This document shows, in pieces, positions 57,850-64,000 of a stretch of DNA of 64,000 nt. The position numbers were made by a program, and so were the translations under genes. The DNA comes from an uncultured delta proteobacterium (GTDB lineage Bacteria > Desulfobacterota > Syntrophobacteria > Syntrophobacterales > Syntrophobacteraceae). The stretch's first letter is position 1; the number at the start of each line of letters is the position of its first letter. Below the pieces are notes generated by a model. It was not told the DNA's origin. It did no database searches and was given only the letters and a program-made list of their open reading frames with translations. Location of the stretch: the NCBI GenBank assembly GCA_963808625.1, contig CAWEHK010000021.1, positions 32,001 to 96,000 of the forward strand. Reading direction: 5' to 3'.

Positions 57850-59222
57850 ATGTCAAACATTTATGAACGGGTGAGAGAAAAAAAAGAAAGCTACCGGCGC
57901 TATAACTTCGAACGGCTTCAGGAGGAGGCGTTTGCCGCTTTTTTTGATCTCGCTCAAGAATATACCACGCATCGATTACCTCTATCAGATCTGCGTGGCG
58001 GTCCCCAAAGAGTTTTTTGGACTGGAAAGCCGGCTTTATGTGATCGATCCCAAAACGTCCCGGCTGGAAAGCGTATGCAGCAGCGAGAGCGGCTTGCTTC
58101 CGGTTGAAGAGCGCACCCATTCTGATTTGCGGCTTGCCGAAGCCATTTACGAGACGGACGAGGCGTGGGTTTTTCCCATCCGGGGAAACCAGGCCCTCAC
58201 CAAGTGGATTCCTTTCCTCGATCAAAGTCAGGTATTGGGCCTGTTCGAAGTCTCTCCGAAGGAAAAGGTGGATGAAAAAGAACACTTCTTCTTAGAGAAG
58301 TTCACCAATCGGATTGGCTACAATCTTCACCAGAAGCTTCTCATCCAGCACAACATCAACCACCTTAAATTCATCAACCAACTGGTTTCGGACATCGAAC
58401 ACAATGTTATCTCACCGAACATGTATTACAAGCTCTTCCTGCTCCGTCTGAGAAAGGCCATTTCCGAGTACCACCGAATTCAGGGAGAGATTCAAGAGGT
58501 TATCCTTGCTTCTCGAGACGCCAACGAAGCCTTGTCAGGAACAACTGAACGAAATCGCTCATGCCCTGAGTCGGAACAACGCGAACCTGGAGCAGGAAGG
58601 CACAGCTTTTTCAAAGCATTACGAACATACCAGTCTCTTTCTTGAGACCCTGCTCCGTCGAGACCATTTCCTGAAGGGCACGTATGTCCTGAGAAAACAG
58701 CCCTGCAACTTTAGAACGGAAATCATCCAACCGCTCCTGGAGCGATACTTACCACTCTTCGATAAAAAAGGAATAGTGGTGGAGAACAGCCTCGAGGACG
58801 TGCCCGACGAACAAATTACACTCTATGTTGACAAGGGGCTCATTTCGCAGGTCTTCGACAATCTTTTTTCCAATGCGTTGAAGTACACGGAGACGGTGGA
58901 GGACCAACTGGGCAACCAGATCAAACTGGTCTCCTACCATCGCCGGATCTTAAAGAACGTTTTTGGTGAGGAGATCAGCGGAGTACGGTTCAATTTCTTC
59001 ACCACGGGCAGACCCCTGTCCGAGAAAGAAGCGCGCCGGGTGTTTGATGAGGGGTACCGGGCGTCCTCGACGGCATCGGAGCAGGGCACGGGACACGGCC
59101 TTCATTTTGTCCGGAATGTGGTGGAAATTCATGGTGGTACGGTGGGGTTCGAACCCCAGCCCTATGGTAACCTGATCTACTTCATTTTGCCCCTGAAACA
59201 CGAAGAGACCATTAGTGCATGA
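57850..59222 (+). CDS. Sensor histidine kinase-like protein (two frameshifts)
   Basis: Atypical H-box SDIEHNV; HATPase motifs QVFDNLFSNALKY and GTGHGL..VEIHGG. Three abutting ORFs. Confidence 0.8.
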
Positions 59223-59355
59223 GCATCGGTGATCTACATGTCTCGCCGATAATTACGGTGATCCCTGGAAGAGAATACGGGATTCACCCCATTTCAATGA
59301 GCTCGAGAATCTCGTAGAAAACATCCTCAGAAGCCACGCCTCTCACCCTTTTTGG

Positions 59356-59397
59356 AAAGCCGGGCGGCATGAAAATGCCGCCCGGCTTTTCTTTTCT
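59356..59397 (+). terminator. Intrinsic terminator
   Basis: AAAGCCGGGCGGCAT-GAAA-ATGCCGCCCGGCTTT followed by TCTTTTCT. Confidence 0.85.
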
Positions 59398-59604
59398 GGG
59401 TGCGTCGTAAAGCGCTCTCAATTCATGCTTCAGCAAAGCATCCTGGCGCGTCCCATACGCACTCGAGAAACCAACCCGATGGTCTCATGCTGTTTCTCCT
59501 TTATCATCGAGATCAGGAAAATCTTCGCATACTGGCCTTCGGTTCGAGTAAACAGGAAATAGGCGATGGCGATTCCGATCACTGCCCCAGGTACAGCACC
59601 GCAA

Positions 59605-59714
59605 AAATATGTGTCCGAATTCAGTTCGTCATACCGGCGAAAGCCGGTATCCGGGCAGTTTTTCCAGATTCCGGTTGCCACCGGAATGAGGTGTAAGGAT
59701 CTTGATCACTTTAT
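59605..59714 (-). repeat. ~110-bp palindromic REP/MITE-like element, copy 2
   Basis: Its reverse complement closely matches 28021-28130. Confidence 0.75.
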
Positions 59715-59781
59715 TCTGCGGAGCTGTATAAAGCGTATCCAGAGCCCGGTGCAGACCGATCTTAGGATCTACCGGCAGAGC

Positions 59782-60810
59782 TCACCTTTGCCAGAACGGC
59801 CGCGCCTTTTCGGCGGTCAGCTCCGGCGCCGAGAACGTGGCCATGTCGCCCAGCATCACCTCGAAACCGGTAATATCGCTGCGCACCCAGGGAGCGTAGT
59901 TGCTGCGCACGGTGAGGACCACTCGCAGCTCCAGGTCGTCCGAGCCATCTTCCAGGAGAAGCAGCCCGAGATTGTAACCATTGCGGCCGAGGCTGCGGTA
60001 GAACTGTTGGGCGTTCAGCACGCCTTGCGCCAGGGCCTGCCAGTGATCGTCGGTAGCCTGGCGCAGGGAGGTAACTCCTGGCAGAATGCCCCAGATTTCA
60101 AAAAAGCCCTCGGGTGCAAAAGCGGCCAGCCATTGCCAGGAACCGGTAGCGCCGATGGTGCGCTGCCCTGACTGTTTTTCAGATTGCAGATAAGCGGAGA
60201 AAAGACGTACGCTGGATTGACGGTGATACTCGGCGGCACGGCCTTGCAGGAAACGTTGGAAATTGGCGGGTGTACGGTCGGCCTGCGCCTGCAGGTGGGG
60301 ATGGAGCAAAGATCCGCCGGCCGAGGGCAGGTGATTCTGGGTGATGGCCATGAAGACCGCTGCAGGATCATGGGACAAGACCCGTAAAAGATAGTCCCGG
60401 CAGTTGAGGAAACTGTCCGTGTAGGATTGCAGAGCTGCCGTGCCGATCTCCACGAAGTGGCCATCGTCGAAAAGGCTTACCGCCGAGTAGCGCCCGTAGG
60501 GAAACAGGTTGGGAAAAAGCGTGGAGGTCCCTCGGGTCATGCGACCTTGCGGACACAGCTCAGGCGGAAACTGCGGGGTGCACGTGGCGATCCGGGCACG
60601 GCAAAACGGGCACTTGTCCCGGTCAGCGGCAAAGGGCGGCGGTGCGGGCAGAGCTTCCATGCCGGGCTCGCACTCTTCGCCGCGGCTGTAAGTAATCCGG
60701 CAGGTGCGCCCCGTGATGGGATGGGTGCGGATCTCGATGGGGCGATCGGCAGGAACGCCGGTGGGCAGCACAATCCGGGAATGAAATCTTTCCTGTTTAA
60801 ACTGCAACAT
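59782..60810 (-). CDS. Galactose-1-phosphate uridylyltransferase-like (GalT/HIT) protein
   Basis: IRTHPITG, CPFC, FPNLFPY and AGGSLLHPHLQ. Confidence 0.8.
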   Translation of the reverse strand: MLQFKQERFHSRIVLPTGVPADRPIEIRTHPITGRTCRITYSRGEECEPGMEALPAPPPFAADRDKCPFCRARIATCTPQFPPELCPQGRMTRGTSTLFPNLFPYGRYSAVSLFDDGHFVEIGTAALQSYTDSFLNCRDYLLRVLSHDPAAVFMAITQNHLPSAGGSLLHPHLQAQADRTPANFQRFLQGRAAEYHRQSSVRLFSAYLQSEKQSGQRTIGATGSWQWLAAFAPEGFFEIWGILPGVTSLRQATDDHWQALAQGVLNAQQFYRSLGRNGYNLGLLLLEDGSDDLELRVVLTVRSNYAPWVRSDITGFEVMLGDMATFSAPELTAEKARPFWQR

Positions 60811-60964
60811 TGGCGTTTTCCTCTGATTCCATGCACAAAAAAACTGCCCCAGTTTTCCTGGTATACTTGTTTAGCTTGAGAAGTCACGTTCTTGGATTCA
60901 CGCGGAGGCGCGGAGAACGCAGAGAAGGCCCCTTGAGATGAATCTCCACGCGAAATGGGCTCCA

Positions 60965-61372
60965 TCACTGTGATCGCACTTCCAGCCTCAGCCCCTCGAT
61001 CTTCTCGAAATCGCGCCGGTTAGCCGTGATAACCGAATAGTCAAGGGAAATGGCCGTGGCTGCGATGATCAGGTCGTGGGCGCCGATGGTCAATCCCTTC
61101 TTTGCCAGGGAGGCCCAGATGCGTGCATAAATGCGCGCCACCGTGGTGTCGAAGGGAAAGATGGGGAATGACTCCAACACCTTTTCAACGAAGGACTGGC
61201 GCTTCAGCCGACGGGCCTCGGTATCGGCGCGTTCCACTCCATGCAGCAGTTCCGCAACGGTAACCACACTGATGCCGAATGGTTCATCCTCGCGACCAGA
61301 CACGAGGATTTGCACCTGTGCTCGGTTCCGTTCAAGGGAGATGATTTCGCTGGAATCAAAGATTACCCCCAT
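60965..61372 (-). CDS. vapC: PIN-domain (VapC-like) toxin
   Basis: IFDSS, VAELLHG, DLIIAATA and TANRRDF. Confidence 0.9.
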   Translation of the reverse strand: MGVIFDSSEIISLERNRAQVQILVSGREDEPFGISVVTVAELLHGVERADTEARRLKRQSFVEKVLESFPIFPFDTTVARIYARIWASLAKKGLTIGAHDLIIAATAISLDYSVITANRRDFEKIEGLRLEVRSQ

Positions 61373-61644
61373 ACCGTATCCTCCGGCAGAGGGGGTTGGG
61401 CTTTGACTGCCCCAAGAACGTCATCGGCAAAGTTGATGTCATCGGGATCGAGCTTCGGTAAGGTCTGAAAAATGCCTTTCAAATCGCCCATATGTCGGGG
61501 AGAACCGGCTTCATCAACCGGGACAAGGGCCGCCGCCGGTTTTCCCCCGCGAATGATCGTATAGCGGTCCCCACGGTATTTGATGTTGTTCAACAGTTCG
61601 GAAAAATGTCTGACCGCCTCGGTAGCGCTTATGTCTGGTCGCAT
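61363..61644 (-). CDS. Phd/YefM-family antitoxin
   Basis: ISATEAVRHFSELL..IIRGGKPAAALVP; overlaps the toxin start; SD GAGGAGG. Confidence 0.88.
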   Translation of the reverse strand: MRPDISATEAVRHFSELLNNIKYRGDRYTIIRGGKPAAALVPVDEAGSPRHMGDLKGIFQTLPKLDPDDINFADDVLGAVKAQPPLPEDTVWG

Positions 61645-62178
61645 GGTTTCCTCCTCGTAAAATATTATTATCATATTTTACACAAACAATGCGTGACCGG
61701 CAAGAGGACTCTGCCCCAATCGGGATAAATCGACATCGCCTCATGCAGCCCGAAGCCCCAGCCTCGACCCATCTCCAGAGTGACGTGGGAGAGCATGGCA
61801 TTGCACACGGGATTTTCAAATCACCTTTCCCATCCGCTCTGCGATAATGAGCAATACTGCAATTTCCCAGCGACCCGCGAGAGCCAGAAGAGGCAGCGCC
61901 AGGACATCGCGCACGATGCGACGCAGGGGGATAACCTGGCTGCTGACGATCAGGTTGTGACATGCCTCAGAAGAGGATTTCGCGATCTTACCTTGACTTG
62001 ATTTCTTATTCGTTGAGTACCGTGCCATTCAATGACTGTCTGACGATTTCCATTTCCACTCGAATGCTCCTTCTTCCTGTCTGGGCCGGCCCTGACCCGG
62101 AATGCTTGGTGATGGTGTTCTAAATTCTCGCGCCTTCCCACCGTAGAGCGTTTCCGTGGCGGGTCTCCAATTTGGATA

Positions 62179-62229
62179 TTGACATTCTGAATTATACGCA
62201 TATAAACGTATAGTAATATATTGCTATAC
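62179..62229 (+). promoter_or_regulatory. Promoter with overlapping palindromes (candidate ArsR operator)
   Basis: TTGACA-N16-TATAAA; TATACG-N8-CGTATA (62193-62212); GTATAGTAAT-AT-ATTGCTATAC (62208-62229). Confidence 0.65.
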
Positions 62230-62444
62230 CAATTTGGAATGTTTTAAGGCCTTGTTTGAGATCAGTCGAAAGGGCCTCAGCAGGGCTTCCAGTGACCGGA
62301 CAATAGGGAGGAGTGTCTCTGATGAAAAAGGCGAGCGCTGTCATCTTCGGAACTGCCGCAGAAGTGCCTGCCGGCTCGGCATAAAACAGGATGGATGATT
62401 GTCTATGGAAAAGCCAGCCCGAGGAAAGCCGTTAAGGGGGCTCG

Positions 62445-62807
62445 ATGGAGCAAAAGAGAAGGAGGAACATCCTGTTGCCGCGGCGCAGGAGGCAATGGTG
62501 CTGCGCGAGCGAGCACTTCCAGACCGTCGCTTTTCTTGCAAAGAGCCTATCGGATGAGAACCGGCTGCGGATCATCCTCTGCGTGAGCAACGGCAAGAAG
62601 TCCGTCTCGAGCATCGTTGAGGAACTCGGTCTTTCGCAGCCCCTGGTTTCCCATCACCTGAAGGAGCTCAAGCGATCGCTGCTGGTCAAGATCGAGCGCA
62701 ACGGCCCTTTCATCTATTACGAACTGGTTGATGCGAGAATCCTCGATGTCTTTCGGACATTGAGCACCGTGGCAACGGATTTGCTGACCGCAAGGAAAAC
62801 CTTTTGA
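62445..62807 (+). CDS. ArsR/SmtB-family transcriptional regulator
   Basis: KSLSDENRLRII..LGLSQPLVSHHLKEL..IYYEL. The N-terminal 20 aa are uncertain. Confidence 0.9.
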   Translation: MEQKRRRNILLPRRRRQWCCASEHFQTVAFLAKSLSDENRLRIILCVSNGKKSVSSIVEELGLSQPLVSHHLKELKRSLLVKIERNGPFIYYELVDARILDVFRTLSTVATDLLTARKTF

Positions 62808-62832
62808 GAGAGGCGGAGGTGATCTGATCCGT

Positions 62833-63282
62833 ATGGAAGAGATGCTGAAAATAGTTGGCCACATGGATCCGGAAGAAGCGCTCACCGAAATATCCCAAGT
62901 CCTGAAAGTGCTTTTCTCCGCTTTGGGTGAAGAGGCGCGTTCGCAATTCCTGTGGGACCTCATGGGAGAGTCCCGGGGCGACAAGGTGTCGAGCCTGGTC
63001 CATCTCTGACTGGCCGAATGCATGGGCGAAGGTGTCGACCCGACGCAAATGTGTCAGAGACTGGTGGATAAGGTTGCCCAATCCAAACAACTGATGGCGA
63101 TGACCGATCCGGATCTCCTGGTGCTGTTCGAAGACTGGTTTGAAGAACTGGAAGAGGAGATCATCTCGCTCGTCAGCGAGCATGGCCCTCTCAAAGCGGG
63201 AGAGCTTGCCGAAAAGACCGGGCTCTCCCTGCGGGGGGCAACCTTCCTCCTCTCAAAGCTCAAACGTGAGGGAAAATTGTAG
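62833..63282 (+). CDS. Putative selenoprotein (149 aa; Sec59 at TGA 63007-63009) with a C-terminal winged-helix-like segment
   Basis: SD GGAGGT then ATG 62833, 58 open codons, TGA, then an in-frame continuation LAECMGEGVDPTQMC. SECIS-like hairpin at 63024-63041. The internal ATG at 63022 has no SD. Confidence 0.75.
63024..63041 (+). promoter_or_regulatory. Putative SECIS element
   Basis: GGGCGA [AGGTG] TCG-A-CCC. The loop starts 20 nt after the UGA, with lower pairings TGC/GCA and CTGGC/GTCAG. Confidence 0.65.
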
Positions 63283-63320
63283 AACCTGAGCAGTCTTCAT
63301 TCTGCAGGAAAGGTCTTCTA

Positions 63321-64000
63321 ATGCAGAACAAGAGAACGACCTTCACAGCCCTTGTGGCGGTACTGCTTACGGTTGGGGCCCTCTGGCTTACCAATCGCGC
63401 CGTTACTCCCAAGCAGGCTGCATGGGACGATGTTTTGGCCGAAGCGACAGCCGGAGGCTACAAGATTATCACCACCGACGAGCTTTCCGAGCGCTATCAA
63501 AACGATGCCAAAAGCCTTCTCCTGGTGGACACTCGCCAGGAATGGGAGTATCGGACAGGGCATCTCCCGGGAGCGGTAAACTTTCCCATGGAGCCGACCT
63601 CATGGTCGAGATGGCGCAAGGCATCGGCACTCGAAACCTTCCTCGGGCCGGATAAGGATCGCACCATCATCTTCTACTGAGCGGGCCTCACCTGAGTCCG
63701 CAGCGACTCGGCGGCCCGTGTGGCCGTAAAGCTCGGTTATCAGAACGTCTACCGCGACCCTTATGGCTATCCTGAATGGCAGGGGAGAGGGTTGCCCGTT
63801 GCGAGCGCCCCGGCAGGCCTAGCCCAAACAAGCGAAGAGCCCAAGGCGCCGGGACCTCTTTACGGCTGGGCCATGATCTGGACCCTGTTGGGCATCTTCG
63901 CCGGTGGCATGGCCTTGAACCTCACCCCTTGCGTCTACCCCCTGATTCCTATTACCGTCTCCTACTTTGGCGGCCAGGCCACAAAGGGAGGAGAAGGCCA
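63321..64000 (+). CDS. Membrane-anchored rhodanese with two Sec (TGA 63678-80 and 63693-95) fused to a DsbD/CcdA transmembrane domain; 3' truncated
   Basis: VDTRQEWEYRTGHLPGAVN..IIFY-U-AGLT-U-VRSDSAARVAVKLGYQNVY..GYPEW..GLPV..ALNLTPCVYPLIPITVSYFGG, all in one frame. Confidence 0.88.
63711..63727 (+). promoter_or_regulatory. Putative SECIS element
   Basis: GCGGCC [CGTGT] GGCCGT. The loop starts 21 nt after the second UGA and 36 nt after the first. Confidence 0.65.

Noticed and set aside
61680..62170. Short ORFs between the TA pair and arsR
   Set aside because: No motifs and no convincing RBS/ORF combination. Possibly a remnant, but unsupported.
62833..64000. Genome-wide TGA reassignment (code 4 or 25) as the explanation for the in-frame TGAs
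   Set aside because: dnaN, gyrB and gpsA end at TGA at their expected C-termini, so TGA is a normal stop. Read-through is site-specific.

Overview
GC-rich bacterial window, most likely from an anaerobic Desulfobacterota (Syntrophobacterales-like; this is an inference from gene content). (1) 1-21.8 kb is a left-truncated type II FAS/PKS-like lipid or pigment cluster resembling aryl-polyene/dialkylresorcinol (flexirubin-type) clusters. It has KS/CLF pairs, a DarB-like KAS III, three ACPs, two hotdog dehydratases, a BtrH-like protein, an MMPL-methyltransferase, ABC export and a GT25-like protein. It also carries three radical SAM enzymes and an Fe-S flavoprotein-SCP2 fusion. (2) 22-42 kb holds accessory genes: an old yellow enzyme, a DUF4062-NACHT protein with nine 102-bp HEAT repeats, azlCD, msrAB, a 1578-aa unknown protein, pgpA, htrA, a CarS-metallophosphoesterase fusion, a sigma70 factor and a TGS GTPase. 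(3) 42-59 kb is housekeeping: alaS, recA, thpR, cinA, larC and a HAD hydrolase, then dnaN-gyrB-gyrA-gpsA without dnaA or recF. (4) 59-64 kb has a GalT-like gene, a PIN toxin-antitoxin pair and an ArsR-led operon. The main hidden signal is three predicted selenoprotein genes that the ORF track misses or breaks, with four in-frame TGA codons in total. They are a 56-aa dual-CXXC protein (42184-42354), a U-x3-C protein with a winged-helix-like tail (62833-63282), and a rhodanese-DsbD/CcdA fusion with two UGAs in its active-site loop (63321 to the window end). Each gene has a hairpin whose loop starts 20-21 nt after a UGA. Many single-base frameshifts, including one in essential alaS, point to indel errors in the assembly, so gene splits and fusions should be treated with caution.
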